Positions 16,692-29,562 are shown, counted from the stretch's first letter. The stretch: DNA of 64,000 nucleotides from an uncultured Candidatus Saccharibacteria bacterium (GCA_964601615.1 CAZRNZ010000001.1:185968-249967), one strand, 5' to 3'. Program-made: numbers and translations. Notes: generated from the letters alone by a model not told the origin.

Positions 16692-19600
16692 ATGTTCCCT
16701 ATTTGGAATTTTTTACTTGAACGAAAGGCGTTCACCATACTAGTAATGTTTGCTTTGATACTTTCTGGTATCGTAGCAATCAATACTATTCCTAAAGAAG
16801 CAATGCCTGAGGTTGTGCTACCGATGGGTGTTGTTAGTGCATCACTTCCTGGTGCAACAGCTTCTGACATGGAGAGATTAGTGACCGACAAGCTTGAGCC
16901 TGCAATTACAAATCTACCGAATATCGACAAGGTTACTTCTAGCTCTCGCCAAGGAGTAACAATGATAACCGCACAATTTATTGCTAGTGCTGATATTGAG
17001 ACATCTATTCAAGACCTTCGTAATGCAGTAGAGCAAGCTAAGGGCAACTTACCCTCTGATGTAAATGGTCCTGTAGTATCTAAGGTTGATTTTCAAAATC
17101 AACCAGTCATGATGATTGGTGTCTCTAGTGAACTTACACCAGAAGCTTTATACGATTTAGGTAATAAGTTAGAGGAAAATCTTTTAACTATTTCTGGAGT
17201 ATCTAAAGTTGATATTTCTGGTATTAGAGCACGAGAAGTCTCTATAATTGTAAACAGTAACTCTTTAACAACTTATGGAATTGCTCCTGGACAAGTAATT
17301 GGAGCCTTGCAAAGCGCCAATGCTTCCATCCCAGCCGGTTCAATAACTATAGATAATATTGACTATCCAGTACAATTCAACGGAAATATTGAACAAGTTA
17401 GCGACCTAGCAAATATCCCTATTGCAACTCAAACTGGAGAAATCCGCTTATCTGATGTAGCAAATATTGTAGACGGTTTCCAAAAAGCTAGCAGTATTTC
17501 TAGACTTTCAGAATCTGGCAGCGAAATATCTTACGCAATGACTTTAAATGTTTATAAGTCTAGTGGTGGAAATATTCTTACTGTTACTGACAAGGTTGAA
17601 GAAAAACTAAAAGATCTTGAGTCATCAGTTTTACTTGGCTCTAACTATGTAGTTATCTACGATGCAGGAGATGAAATTAAAAAAAGTATCGGTGAATTAA
17701 CTGGAGCAGGTCGTGACACAATCATACTGGTTGTACTAGTACTTCTTATTGCTGTAGGTTTTCGTGAAGCAATAGTTTCTGCATTATCTATTCCATTTTC
17801 ATTTATGATTGCCTTTTTGGGTATGTGGATGAGTGGAAATACCATTAACTTCATTTCCCTATTTTCTCTAGTTATTGCTATTGGTATTTTAGTGGACTCA
17901 GGGATTGTAATTGTTGAAGGGATTTACAGCAATCGAAAGAAAGGAATGGACAAAATCTCAGCAGCTAGAGAAACGATCCGCCAGTATTCATGGCCTTTAA
18001 TTGCTGGGACAGTTACTACAGTGGCAATATTTGTACCCCTACTATTCCTTTCTGGAATTATGGGTAAGTTCCTATTTTCTATTCCATTTACTATTATTAT
18101 TGTTCTTCTTTCCTCTATTGTTGTTGCTCTGGGAATCGTCCCACTTTTGGCAACAAAAATTTTGAGTGACAAAGAAAGTAAGTACAACAAATATCGTGAC
18201 GCATTCTGGAACTCATTGAATGATTGGTATCAAGAAAAACTCACTATTTTGCTGAACAATAGAAAGGCACAGAAGATATTTTATGGAATATTAACAGTAT
18301 TATTTATTGTATCTATCGCCCTACCTGTATCTGGTCTTTTGAAAGCAACAATGTTTCCACCAGAAGACATGGACTTGTTCTATGTGGAAGTAGAGCTACC
18401 GCAAGCATCTACCTTAGCTTCGACTGATACTGTTACTCGTGAAGTTGAAAAGAAAGTCGCTGAAATGAATGAAGTCTCTTCTTTTATGACCACAATTGGT
18501 TCTGGAAGTGCTTTTAATTACGAAGCTGGTTCTGGTAGTAAAATAGCCAATATTACAGTTAACCTGGAAAAGGATAGAGATCATACTTCAATTGAAATAA
18601 CTTCAAAACTACGAAGTGAACTTTCGTCACTACAGGGAATGAATGGTGCTAAAATCACTGTCACAGAAGTATCTAGCGGTCCTCCAGCCGGAGCACCTGT
18701 GGTAATTAAGATCTGGAGTGACAGTACCGAAAATCTGGCCAAAGCAACAGCACAAGTTGAAAGTATCATAATGGAAACTGAAGGTACTCGTGACACATCC
18801 TCATCACTTTCTAATGATGGAACAGAACTACTAATTAATATTAATCGTGAACGTGCAGCAGAATACGGCCTTTCTGCTTCTGACGTGGCGATGGCGCTTC
18901 GTACAGCTATCAGTGGTGTTGAGGCAACGAAGCTTCGAGTTGACGGTGAGGACTTACCTGTTGTATTTAAGATTGCTCTTAATCAAAATTACGAAGTTCC
19001 GGAAGAAATCACTATTGTTAATGCAGACGCTATTGCTAGTACTCCAATTCTGACACAGCGTGGAAACATTCCACTTGGTTCACTGATTTCTATTTCTGCT
19101 AACAGAACTAGCACATCAATCAATCATGAAAATGGTAAAAGAATTGGTACTGTCGGTGCATTTTTGGAAGTCGGTGCTAATCCAATTGAAGTTACAAACA
19201 ATATAAGAACAGCGATTGATTCTGCAGAAACACCAGCTGGAGTAACATTTACCTACGGTGGTGATGATGAAGAGATCACTCGAACATTTACAGAAATGAT
19301 GTTTGCCATGATTGCCGGACTTGTACTTATGTTTGCTGTATTGGTAATTGAATTCAATGCATTCCGTACAACCCTTAGACTTCTTATTGCGATTCCATTA
19401 TCACTAACAGGAGTTCTGATTGGATTGTTTGTTATGGGACAAGCCCTTTCATTAACAGCCTTCTTGGGAATAATTGCGCTTAGTGGCGTGATTATTAACC
19501 ACGGAATTCTCTTGCTCGATATCTTAAACAAGATAAAGGAAGATGGTGAAATAACTGATCCTAAAGAACAAATTCTAAAAGCAACGACTAGTCGTATGCG

Positions 19601-19781
19601 ACCAATCCTTCTTACGACAATCACAACTGTTGTGGGAATGATTCCATTGATGTTCGTTTCTGAAATGTGGGCTCCTCTTGCTTACACAATGGCATTTGGA
19701 CTACTTTATGGAACTGTTTTGACATTAATACTTATTCCTCTTCTTTCGTACAACTATCTACTTAAGCAAAGTAAGAAATAA
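16692..19781 (+). CDS. RND efflux transporter permease (AcrB/HAE1-like)
   Basis: 1029 aa with 12-TM architecture and two large periplasmic loops; sequence is consistent with the HAE-RND family. Confidence 0.85.
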   Translation: MFPIWNFLLERKAFTILVMFALILSGIVAINTIPKEAMPEVVLPMGVVSASLPGATASDMERLVTDKLEPAITNLPNIDKVTSSSRQGVTMITAQFIASADIETSIQDLRNAVEQAKGNLPSDVNGPVVSKVDFQNQPVMMIGVSSELTPEALYDLGNKLEENLLTISGVSKVDISGIRAREVSIIVNSNSLTTYGIAPGQVIGALQSANASIPAGSITIDNIDYPVQFNGNIEQVSDLANIPIATQTGEIRLSDVANIVDGFQKASSISRLSESGSEISYAMTLNVYKSSGGNILTVTDKVEEKLKDLESSVLLGSNYVVIYDAGDEIKKSIGELTGAGRDTIILVVLVLLIAVGFREAIVSALSIPFSFMIAFLGMWMSGNTINFISLFSLVIAIGILVDSGIVIVEGIYSNRKKGMDKISAARETIRQYSWPLIAGTVTTVAIFVPLLFLSGIMGKFLFSIPFTIIIVLLSSIVVALGIVPLLATKILSDKESKYNKYRDAFWNSLNDWYQEKLTILLNNRKAQKIFYGILTVLFIVSIALPVSGLLKATMFPPEDMDLFYVEVELPQASTLASTDTVTREVEKKVAEMNEVSSFMTTIGSGSAFNYEAGSGSKIANITVNLEKDRDHTSIEITSKLRSELSSLQGMNGAKITVTEVSSGPPAGAPVVIKIWSDSTENLAKATAQVESIIMETEGTRDTSSSLSNDGTELLININRERAAEYGLSASDVAMALRTAISGVEATKLRVDGEDLPVVFKIALNQNYEVPEEITIVNADAIASTPILTQRGNIPLGSLISISANRTSTSINHENGKRIGTVGAFLEVGANPIEVTNNIRTAIDSAETPAGVTFTYGGDDEEITRTFTEMMFAMIAGLVLMFAVLVIEFNAFRTTLRLLIAIPLSLTGVLIGLFVMGQALSLTAFLGIIALSGVIINHGILLLDILNKIKEDGEITDPKEQILKATTSRMRPILLTTITTVVGMIPLMFVSEMWAPLAYTMAFGLLYGTVLTLILIPLLSYNYLLKQSKK

Positions 19782-19800
19782 TTGTAACTAGATAAATAAA

Positions 19801-19832
19801 AAGCGCCGCCCGAAGGGCGGCGCTTTTGTATT
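19801..19832 (+). terminator. AAGCGCCGCCC-gaa-GGGCGGCGCTT hairpin plus TTTTGTATT
   Basis: Immediately after the RND permease stop. Confidence 0.7.
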
Positions 19833-19842
19833 AAATTACAGA

Positions 19843-20343
19843 TTAACGTCTTTGCATATTCATCACAATGTTAACTATGGCAATTGCTAGAACCAACAGT
19901 CCTGCATATACTAGAAAAAACTGCACATAAGTAAAGGATGTCAGACCTAATGACACAAGCGAAATAAGAAAACCAAGAGAATACCAACTTCCAGCCTGAA
20001 TTCCTGGTCCAAAGGTTGAGGGAATCCATCGCTTTGTCATACCAATAGCGTTTAAGAAAAGTACCAATATTATTGTCCATGTTCCGATAATAAAGGGGTT
20101 TATAAAAGCGCTTCCAATAAACTTATACATTACCCCTGCAACAACAGCTGTACTCAATAAAATTAGAACCATAGCAATTCGAAGAACCAAGTATGTTACA
20201 CCCATTATCTTTCGTTCTGAATCTTCTATCTTCCCATCTTTAATAGCGGTAAAAAATTGTAAAACAGCGATTGTTGATCCACCGACTCCGAGTGATATAG
20301 CCATTGACTGAATAATAATGGCCGAGATATAGATTATTTCCAT
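19843..20343 (-). CDS. hypothetical membrane protein (4-5 TM)
   Basis: 166-aa hydrophobic ORF. Confidence 0.5.
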   Translation of the reverse strand: MEIIYISAIIIQSMAISLGVGGSTIAVLQFFTAIKDGKIEDSERKIMGVTYLVLRIAMVLILLSTAVVAGVMYKFIGSAFINPFIIGTWTIILVLFLNAIGMTKRWIPSTFGPGIQAGSWYSLGFLISLVSLGLTSFTYVQFFLVYAGLLVLAIAIVNIVMNMQRR

Positions 20344-20420
20344 ACAGATAATTTTAGCAAGTAAATAACGGTCTTCGACTAGCTCTTGTTGATAATCACT
20401 ACAAGCTTGAACTTTGTAAA

Positions 20421-20458
20421 ATAAAACAAAACCGCCGGAGACGAAGTCTCTGGCGGTT
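20421..20458 (-). terminator. AACCGCCGGAGAC-gaa-GTCTCTGGCGGTT hairpin with T-run on minus
   Basis: Directly after the atpC stop. Confidence 0.7.
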
Positions 20459-20464
20459 TATAAG

Positions 20465-20707
20465 TTAAATCAATACTGTCGCAATATTTCCACTCATCTC
20501 AAGAGTCCCAGCTTCTATAGAGACACTTTCATCTTCTCCATCAGCTCTTTTGACAGAAATCGTTCCGGCTTTTAGGGGCGAAATAATTGCAGCATGTCCT
20601 GCCAATAAAGTCATTTCTCCAGCTACGCCAGGCAGAGTAGCAGAAAGTACTTCGCCGTCAAAAACCGGCATATCTACTCTGGAAATTGTTAGTTGAAAAG
20701 TTTTCAT
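20465..20707 (-). CDS. atpC: F1 ATP synthase epsilon subunit (N-terminal beta-sandwich only)
   Basis: 80 aa, aligns with the epsilon N-domain and lacks the C-terminal helical hairpin. Last gene of the atp operon. Confidence 0.8.
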   Translation of the reverse strand: MKTFQLTISRVDMPVFDGEVLSATLPGVAGEMTLLAGHAAIISPLKAGTISVKRADGEDESVSIEAGTLEMSGNIATVLI

Positions 20708-20828
20708 AAGTTATTTTTATTTGATGAATTTAGATGACCTTAGATGCAAGGCGTGCAAGAAAATAATATGAGTGGGACGAAATTGTCCAGTGAGTATTAT
20801 TTTTCGAAGCACAACGCTGCAGATAAGG

Positions 20829-22262
<1,434 letters not shown>

Positions 22263-22297
22263 TTAATAAATCAAATTGACCAATTTCAGCCTTCAAA

Positions 22298-23197
22298 TTA
22301 TTTGAGGGCTTCAACACCAGCTGTAATCTCCGACACTTCTGCTGTAATTGCTGCCTGGCGAGCTTTATTAAATTTAATTGTTAAAGCTTTTACCATATCC
22401 CTAGCCTTATCGGTCGCACTTTTCATCGCTACCATACGAGCAGAATGCTCTGAAGCTTTAGTTTCAATTAATGCGTGGTAAATCATAATTTCTACCAATC
22501 GAGGAATCAAAGAATCCAAAACTGCTTTAGGTGAAGGCTCAATCAAGTAATCGATAGAAGAATCGCCTTCTTCCGTCTCGCTGAATTTGCCAGTCTTAGA
22601 ACGAATTCCTTGCAAAATGAAATGAATCTCAGCAGGATCAATTGGCAAAACTTTTCGATAAGTTGGCTCCTGCTCAAAAGTTGAAAGGAAGTTTTGGTAA
22701 ACAACTTCTACTGAAGCATATTCTCTTGAATCAAAACCAGTAAAAATAGTTTGAGAAATTTCTGAAATATCAGCAATTGAAACATCGTCAGAAACGTTTA
22801 CATAAGAACCAACCAATTTTAATTCCGAACGATTGGCATACTCAACAGCTTTACGGCCAATTGCAATCACATCAACATTCCTGTCTTGCAGAAGAAGGTT
22901 ATCAACCATCTTCAAAACTGCACTGTTCACACTTCCAGCCAAACCTTTATCACTTGTTACAACAACCAAAAGCTTGCGTCCAGAATCTCTCCTAGTTACA
23001 AAAGGATGACTTAGACCCTCTTCAGAACGAGACAACTTGGCCAAAATACGCAAAGCAGAACGTACATAAGGACGTCCCTGCATTGCTTTCTCCTGACTCT
23101 TGCGCATTTTTACTGCCGAAACAGCCTCCATCGCCTTAGTCACCTGACCAGTTTTCTTGGTAGCAATTATTTTGTTTTTTACTTGCTTAAGCGCCAT
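22298..23197 (-). CDS. atpG: F1 ATP synthase gamma subunit
   Basis: 299 aa; conserved N- and C-terminal coiled-coil helices (ends ...[16 protein letters not shown]). Confidence 0.9.
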   Translation of the reverse strand: MALKQVKNKIIATKKTGQVTKAMEAVSAVKMRKSQEKAMQGRPYVRSALRILAKLSRSEEGLSHPFVTRRDSGRKLLVVVTSDKGLAGSVNSAVLKMVDNLLLQDRNVDVIAIGRKAVEYANRSELKLVGSYVNVSDDVSIADISEISQTIFTGFDSREYASVEVVYQNFLSTFEQEPTYRKVLPIDPAEIHFILQGIRSKTGKFSETEEGDSSIDYLIEPSPKAVLDSLIPRLVEIMIYHALIETKASEHSARMVAMKSATDKARDMVKALTIKFNKARQAAITAEVSEITAGVEALK

Positions 23198-24752
23198 AGA
23201 ATTGAGTGTTTGTGTCCTTAAAGTCTTGCATTGACTTAGTTATTTTCTCAATTGTTTCATCTGATAAATCACGAGAAGCTTCAATTTCAGTAAAGATACT
23301 TCCCTGATCGCGTTCAATAAATGAAAGGAATGCTGATTCAATTTCACGAACCTTGTCCGGAGTTGTTCCTTCGTATAAACCTTGGTTAGCAGCATAAATA
23401 GAAACTACCTGCTTATAGAAAGGCATTGGGTTATTCTGATCTTGCTTTAGAAGCTCAACGTACTTTCGTCCGCTATCAATACGCTGTTTTGTTTCAGCAT
23501 CCAAATCTGACGAGAACTGCATAAAAGCTTCAAGCTCACGGAACTGGGCCAACTCAAGACGAATCTTACCAGCCACTTTCTTCATAGCTTTAGTTTGAGC
23601 AGAGGAACCTACACGAGATACAGAAATACCAACGTTTAGTGCTGGACGAATTCCCTTGTTAAACAAGTCACCCTCAAGGAAAATCTGTCCGTCAGTAATT
23701 GAAATTACGTTAGTTGGAATATATGCGGAAACGTCACCTTCTTGTGTCTCAATAATTGGCAAAGCAGTAATTGATCCACCACCAAGTTCTTTAGAAAGCT
23801 TAGCAGAACGCTCAAGCAAACGTGAGTGTAGGTAAAAAATATCTCCAGGATAAGCTTCACGTCCTGGTGGACGGCGAAGTAGCAGTGACATTTGACGATA
23901 AGCCACCGCATGCTTTGAAAGGTCATCAAATACCACCAAAACATCGCGACCTTGTTGCATAAAATATTCACCAATCGCAACTCCAGCAAATGGAGCCAAG
24001 AAAAGTAGCGGAGATGATTCTGAGGCAGAGGTCGCCACAATAGTTGTGTACTCCATTGCTCCAGCCGCTTCTAGTTTAGCCATCAAACCAGCGGTCTTAG
24101 AACGCTTTTGACCAATTGCTACATAAATACAGATTGGGCGCTTTTCCTTTGGCTCGTTCTTTTGGTTGATGATGGTGTCGATAGCAATAGTAGTTTTTCC
24201 AGTACCACGATCCCCAATGATAAGCTCGCGTTGTCCACGGCCAATCGGAATCATCGCATCAATAGCTTTAACACCAGTATGAACTGGTTCGTTTACACTA
24301 GAACGATCCATCACACCATAAGCTACTCGTTCAATTGGCATTTCTTTGTCGGTCTTGATAGCACCCATTCCATCAATAGGATTTCCCAGAGCATCAACCA
24401 CACGGCCAACGATACTATCGCCAACAGGAACAGAAAGTAGGCGCTTGGTACGACGCACCACCATTCCCTCCTTGATAAGTTCAGTCTTACCAAGTACTAC
24501 CACCTTCACCTTGTCTTCCTCAAGGTTCAAAACCAAACCAAAGACATCATCGCTGTTTTGCATTGAGTCTTTGAGAGATTTCTCTTCGTTTTGATCGAAG
24601 GTAACCATCTCCATCATCTGAACTCCTTCAAGTCCAGAAACTTCGGCGATTCCGTCAGCCACCTCAGTCACAGTTCCAATTTCTTCAGTAGAAACTGTTG
24701 CATCTAGATTCGCTATCTCCTTCTTTAGTTTTTCTATGATAGTAATACTCAT
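23187..24752 (-). CDS. atpA: F1 ATP synthase alpha subunit
   Basis: Walker [14 protein letters not shown]. 521 aa. Confidence 0.95.
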   Translation of the reverse strand: MSITIIEKLKKEIANLDATVSTEEIGTVTEVADGIAEVSGLEGVQMMEMVTFDQNEEKSLKDSMQNSDDVFGLVLNLEEDKVKVVVLGKTELIKEGMVVRRTKRLLSVPVGDSIVGRVVDALGNPIDGMGAIKTDKEMPIERVAYGVMDRSSVNEPVHTGVKAIDAMIPIGRGQRELIIGDRGTGKTTIAIDTIINQKNEPKEKRPICIYVAIGQKRSKTAGLMAKLEAAGAMEYTTIVATSASESSPLLFLAPFAGVAIGEYFMQQGRDVLVVFDDLSKHAVAYRQMSLLLRRPPGREAYPGDIFYLHSRLLERSAKLSKELGGGSITALPIIETQEGDVSAYIPTNVISITDGQIFLEGDLFNKGIRPALNVGISVSRVGSSAQTKAMKKVAGKIRLELAQFRELEAFMQFSSDLDAETKQRIDSGRKYVELLKQDQNNPMPFYKQVVSIYAANQGLYEGTTPDKVREIESAFLSFIERDQGSIFTEIEASRDLSDETIEKITKSMQDFKDTNTQFYGA

Positions 24753-24761
24753 AATTCTTAA

Positions 24762-25127
24762 TTAACTTTTAATGGCGCTTTTGTACCAATTTAATAAACG
24801 AGTTTTGTAGCTTTGGTCGGTATAAGTATTAGCTTGTTGCAAAATATATCCACCAATGATGTTTGGATTTATTTTTACAACAGCCGTATCTGCTATATCA
24901 GAATGATTTTTTAAATCTCCTTCTTTAGCTAAAGTCAGTTGAGGCTTTAAAACCTCTTCTTTCTGTGCGAGCTTTGTTTCTAGTAAATTCAAGACGGCAC
25001 CAAACAACTTCTCATGACCACGTTTTTGCATGACCTCTCTGAGACCTTTAATTACCACATCAAAATCAGAACCACTATTGAGAAGTTCTAATGATGCAGT
25101 AACGTACCGTTGTTTGATGTTACTCAT
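24762..25127 (-). CDS. atpH: F1 ATP synthase delta (OSCP) subunit, short form
   Basis: 121 aa, position between atpF and atpA, OSCP-like N-terminal helical bundle. Confidence 0.7.
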   Translation of the reverse strand: MSNIKQRYVTASLELLNSGSDFDVVIKGLREVMQKRGHEKLFGAVLNLLETKLAQKEEVLKPQLTLAKEGDLKNHSDIADTAVVKINPNIIGGYILQQANTYTDQSYKTRLLNWYKSAIKS

Positions 25128-25133
25128 AAAATA

Positions 25134-25583
25134 CTAAGAGTTTTTTGTGTTTAAAACTTTTTCAGCTGCCAAAACAGCAATTTTGGCAATTTCTTGCTCA
25201 CTCTTACGCTCAGCTTCTTCAAGCAAAGCGGCAGAACGAGTTTCTGCCAGTTTTAGCTTATTAGCAGCTTCTTTTTCGGCAGTAACTTTGATTTCTTCTG
25301 CCTTTGCTTTAGCAAACTCCTCTGAACGCTGGCTTATAGCACCAGCTTCCACGTGGGCTGCTTTTACAATTCCCTTTCGATCTTCTTCAGCATTTTCTTT
25401 TGCTTTAGCAGCTGCCTCAGCATCACTTAAACCCTGCTTAATTTTTTCTTCTCTTTCTTTAAGAATCTTCAATACCGGCTTGTACAGAAGATAAGTCAAA
25501 ACTACCGCCAAAACGGTAAAGTTTATTACCTGAATGATTATCAGGCGAATATCTACGCCAAAGGTTTCGATAAGGGATTCCAT
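25134..25583 (-). CDS. atpF: Fo ATP synthase subunit b
   Basis: Single N-terminal TM, then a long A/E/K-rich helix. Confidence 0.85.
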   Translation of the reverse strand: MESLIETFGVDIRLIIIQVINFTVLAVVLTYLLYKPVLKILKEREEKIKQGLSDAEAAAKAKENAEEDRKGIVKAAHVEAGAISQRSEEFAKAKAEEIKVTAEKEAANKLKLAETRSAALLEEAERKSEQEIAKIAVLAAEKVLNTKNS

Positions 25584-25747
25584 AGATTAGAGATTAAGTA
25601 ATAAGTGAGAAAACTCTGAAAATAAAAACATTTAAATTAGATGAAATGCGACGGTTTGAAAGAAATTTTTCGAGAGAAATGTATTTAATATACATTGACT
25701 GAGAAAAATTTCAGAAAACCTAGCAGTTCACTAATTTGGTGTTTTTA

Positions 25748-25987
<240 letters not shown>

Positions 25988-26066
25988 TTAAAACTTTTAA
26001 ATTTCTGCTCGCAAGCAGACGGGAATTTGTTTTTTGAATAAAAACAAATTCCCGTCCATTAACGAA

Positions 26067-26909
26067 CTAATGAGGCTCTTCAATTGCCAACTTAATAAAG
26101 TAGAGAGTCAAAATAGCAAAAACAAAAGCCTGAACAAATCCTACAAAAACCTCGTAAGCAATTAAGGGAACAGGCAAAACATAAGGAGTTGCTAAAAACA
26201 TGACTACCATCAATAGGGTTTTTCCAGCAAAAATATTTCCAAAAAGACGGAAAGAGAATGAGATTAATCTAGCAACTTCACTAATTAGTTCAATAATACC
26301 AATTGCAAAACCTAGCGGAGAACGGAAGTTGATGAATTTTCCAGCATATTTAAAGAATCCAAGCATTGCCACACCAGAAAACCAAATAGATACAACAGCC
26401 ACAATAGCAAAACCGATAGTGATATTAATATCAGTTGCTGCCGGATGGAAGAACGGAATAAGCTTAGAAGTTACCTCACCGTGAGATTCTACTTCTTTAA
26501 ACATTCCAATAGAATCAACTCCAGGAAGTAATCCAATCCAGTTCATAGTCAAAATGAACAAGAAAATAGTCATCACCAACGGAAAAAATTTCTTAGTAAC
26601 AGTTTCATTTTCTAATACACTGTTCATGTAATCAAAAACCCCACCAATAATCATCTCGATAGTACTTTGAAATTTGCTTGGAATTAGCGTCAAACCACCA
26701 CGAACAAAAAGTGCCACCACAATTAAAACACCCATTGTTAGCCATACAGTAAGCATTGTTGGGGTAATTGGTATACCAAATACAGTAGTTATTACATCAG
26801 GAGCCAGATGGATAGAAAGACCATCAGATGAAGCGGCGTAAGCTGTAGGTATAAGTGTCATAACAACAATAAAAAGACAAAAACTTCTGTTTCGGCGGTA
26901 TTCTAGCAC
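26067..26909 (-). CDS. atpB: Fo ATP synthase subunit a
   Basis: Conserved essential Arg in RLFGNIFAG, 5-6 TM helices. Confidence 0.9.
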   Translation of the reverse strand: MLEYRRNRSFCLFIVVMTLIPTAYAASSDGLSIHLAPDVITTVFGIPITPTMLTVWLTMGVLIVVALFVRGGLTLIPSKFQSTIEMIIGGVFDYMNSVLENETVTKKFFPLVMTIFLFILTMNWIGLLPGVDSIGMFKEVESHGEVTSKLIPFFHPAATDINITIGFAIVAVVSIWFSGVAMLGFFKYAGKFINFRSPLGFAIGIIELISEVARLISFSFRLFGNIFAGKTLLMVVMFLATPYVLPVPLIAYEVFVGFVQAFVFAILTLYFIKLAIEEPH

Positions 26910-26986
26910 AGAATCTATCTAATTAAAATGTGGATATTAAACAAAAAACCACCTATTTATTAGGTGGTTTTTTGCAATATGTTTAT

Positions 26987-27694
26987 TTATTCGGCAGTAT
27001 TTGGAGTAAATGTTGAATCTACAACAACATTTCCGCCCTTCGAATCCTTGTACATAAGATACATATATCCAACCATTATCGGAGCGACAAGCATACTAAT
27101 AGCTGTAGCAGTGATATTTATAGTCATTTCACCACCAGGAAGAATTGCAGCAATTCCCATAACAACAATCATTAACAAGAAAATTATAACTGAGCCAGCA
27201 ATAGAACGACCAAAGACTCCCCACCACTTTCCTTTTACATATTCACGAGAGCGACGCATTGAATCAATAATTGGAGTATTTTCCAAAATCAAAACAAAAG
27301 CAGCAAACAAAAACCAAACTGAAAGTATGATTCCTGGAATAATCAAAAGAAGATAAGCAATTGTAAGAACAACGGTCATCAAAATTGATAGGCCAATGTA
27401 ACGCCAAAAAAATCCTTTTGCCTTACCGTAAGCTGAAGAAATTGTCAGATTTGGGTTATCTATTGCCAAAACAAGAGCAGCGCCCATAAATATATTCACG
27501 ACTGATGTTACCAACATTAATAGACCAAACAACATCCAATCAAAAACGCTGACAACAGCCGTATCCTGGATCGGTTCAAACAAAGTTGCAATAACTGATA
27601 AAATCATTGGGACAGCAACTATACCGATAAACAAAAAGGGATTACCAAAAAAGATATTTGATGAATCCTTTAAGAGTTGTATTGGATTACGCAT
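26987..27694 (-). CDS. hypothetical polytopic membrane protein upstream of atpB (AtpI/AtpZ position)
   Basis: 235 aa with ~6 TM helices. Assignment by position only. Confidence 0.45.
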   Translation of the reverse strand: MRNPIQLLKDSSNIFFGNPFLFIGIVAVPMILSVIATLFEPIQDTAVVSVFDWMLFGLLMLVTSVVNIFMGAALVLAIDNPNLTISSAYGKAKGFFWRYIGLSILMTVVLTIAYLLLIIPGIILSVWFLFAAFVLILENTPIIDSMRRSREYVKGKWWGVFGRSIAGSVIIFLLMIVVMGIAAILPGGEMTINITATAISMLVAPIMVGYMYLMYKDSKGGNVVVDSTFTPNTAE

Positions 27695-27775
27695 AAATTT
27701 ATTTTATTTTTTAATTAAAGTAATTATATCACCAAAAACTAACACAAAGAACGATATAGTAGAATATATCAGAAG

Positions 27776-28141
27776 ATGAAAAATCTAATAATTCTTTACC
27801 AAGATTCCTGTGGAGTATGTCGAAAATATATCGATTTTGTCTCAATAAATACTAAAAGTGGTAAAAATATTGAATTTATTGATATCAGCAACAATGAAGC
27901 CTTGTCTTTGTCTAATAATTTTTTTTTAAATATTAACTTTAAAAATCCAGAATCTATGATTGTTATTTCTGATAGAAAAATTTATACAAAATGGCAAGCA
28001 ATTACCGAGATTGGGAAAAATATGAAATCTCCTTGGCTACAAATTGCTTACCTCAGTAATTTAGTACCTAAAAGAATTGGTGATATTTTATATGATTTCC
28101 TTTCTAAAAATCGTTTTAAAATTAGTAAGTACTTGAAATAG
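27776..28141 (+). CDS. thiol-disulfide oxidoreductase DCC family (DUF393) protein
   Basis: N-terminal LYQDSCGVCRKYIDF matches the fYDGdCxlC signature. 121 aa. Low-GC gene. Confidence 0.7.
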   Translation: MKNLIILYQDSCGVCRKYIDFVSINTKSGKNIEFIDISNNEALSLSNNFFLNINFKNPESMIVISDRKIYTKWQAITEIGKNMKSPWLQIAYLSNLVPKRIGDILYDFLSKNRFKISKYLK

Positions 28142-28604
28142 AAATTATTTTTTCAGGAAAAATTTTATCACAAACATTCATTGTGTATTTTATCTCATTA
28201 CTTGAAGGCCAGGAAATAGCTATTCTTGTTCTTAATTTTTTACCTGGCTTTTCGGTAAATACAGGTGAATGAATCAACAAATCAAAATCTTTATCAATCA
28301 AAAATGGATTGTCTTTAATTAGACGTCTTATTGATTTTTCAGAAGGTTTTTTGCAATAAAAATTAAAGTCGAAATTTTCTTTAATAAAACCACCTGAATG
28401 TACAAAACCTTTGTAAATATAATCATTATTATTTTTAGAAACAATTTCGACAGTAACTATTCTTTTGGGTTCTACATACATAGAATATCCTCCGAGTTTC
28501 CAAGGGTTTAAAAGATCGTTGTAATTCAAAAACATATGAACCGCTAACCAAACAGCTTGTATTAGAAATATTACTATCAGAATTTGTTTATTAGTAATTT
28601 TCAT
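28122..28604 (-). CDS. hypothetical membrane-anchored protein
   Basis: 160 aa with N-terminal TM. Low GC. Overlaps the 3' end of the DCC gene convergently by ~20 nt. Confidence 0.5.
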   Translation of the reverse strand: MKITNKQILIVIFLIQAVWLAVHMFLNYNDLLNPWKLGGYSMYVEPKRIVTVEIVSKNNNDYIYKGFVHSGGFIKENFDFNFYCKKPSEKSIRRLIKDNPFLIDKDFDLLIHSPVFTEKPGKKLRTRIAISWPSSNEIKYTMNVCDKIFPEKIISISSTY

Positions 28605-28609
28605 AAAGT

Positions 28610-29407
28610 TTAAAAAAGATAATCAATTATTCTACTTATGGAAAAAAGATCTAATATAAGTAAGCTTATACAGATAAGTACCATCCAATATTTCATACCA
28701 AATCTAAAAGCCATACATAGAAGGGCTATATTTAATACCTGAAAATTCATTTCGTCTGCATAAAAACCAACAAATAGTAGGAAGCTGAATTCTAAAAATA
28801 AAACAAACCAATTCTTCCAACCAAACAATAAAAAAACACCCACAATAAATTGCCATAAAATAGCTGCCCAAGCTAATAAGACATACCAATAACATATTTC
28901 ATTTGGCTGACAAAGAAAGTTAAATACCCTTTCAGTAGAAGAACCGTTATTGCTCAACCAACTAATATATAAACCATCATGAAATGTCCCTGAAATTACT
29001 TTTTGTAATGCAGCAACAATCATTACCATAGCAATAGTTAGTCTGATGTAAGTTGTATAAACAACATCTTTCCACCAATTACTTGAAAAAATTACAGGAA
29101 CTAAAGCCCAAACAGCTAAGTATGTATGATTTGCGGCTGAATACCAACTAAAGATAAAACTTATTAAAAGACCAAACGAGAAAATATAGATGCTTATCTT
29201 CCTATCTTTTTGAAACCAAAATAAAGTAACGCCAATCAGCATCACTATTGCAGAATAAAAAGCTGGAGCGTCATGAAATTTAAAATAATCTAAACTTTGC
29301 TGAAAGACAACAGAAATCATAGCTATCCAAAGCGCTGAATCCATCATCAACTTATTTCCTATTGTTATTTCTTTCTGAAGTTTCTGAAGTAAAGGTATAT
29401 CCTTCAT
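28610..29407 (-). CDS. multi-pass membrane protein, possibly HTTM-like
   Basis: 265 aa with >=6 hydrophobic helices. DCC/DUF393 proteins are frequently associated with HTTM-domain proteins, so the HTTM label is tentative. Confidence 0.5.
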   Translation of the reverse strand: MKDIPLLQKLQKEITIGNKLMMDSALWIAMISVVFQQSLDYFKFHDAPAFYSAIVMLIGVTLFWFQKDRKISIYIFSFGLLISFIFSWYSAANHTYLAVWALVPVIFSSNWWKDVVYTTYIRLTIAMVMIVAALQKVISGTFHDGLYISWLSNNGSSTERVFNFLCQPNEICYWYVLLAWAAILWQFIVGVFLLFGWKNWFVLFLEFSFLLFVGFYADEMNFQVLNIALLCMAFRFGMKYWMVLICISLLILDLFSISRIIDYLF

Positions 29408-29447
29408 TACCCAATAATAACATGCGTATATCTGGACATATTTTAAA

Positions 29448-29483
29448 ATAACAACCTCTGACTTAAAGTCAGAGGTTGTTATT
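29448..29483. terminator. perfect 16-bp hairpin AATAACAACCTCTGAC-ttaaa-GTCAGAGGTTGTTATT flanked by A/T runs
   Basis: Sits between the tRNA-Ala 3' end and the upstream gene. Likely terminates the tRNA transcript on the minus strand. Confidence 0.6.
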
Positions 29484-29489
29484 TTACTG

Positions 29490-29562
29490 TGGACCCGACA
29501 GGACTCGAACCCGCCACCTCCTCAGTGCAAGTGAGGCGCTCTACCAGATGAGCTACGGGCCC
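29490..29562 (-). tRNA. tRNA-Ala (anticodon UGC)
   Basis: Reverse complement folds as a canonical cloverleaf: acceptor GGGCCCG/CGGGUCC with a G3:U70 pair (Ala identity), anticodon loop CUUGCAC, T-loop GGUUCGAGUCC. CCA is not encoded. Confidence 0.9.
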
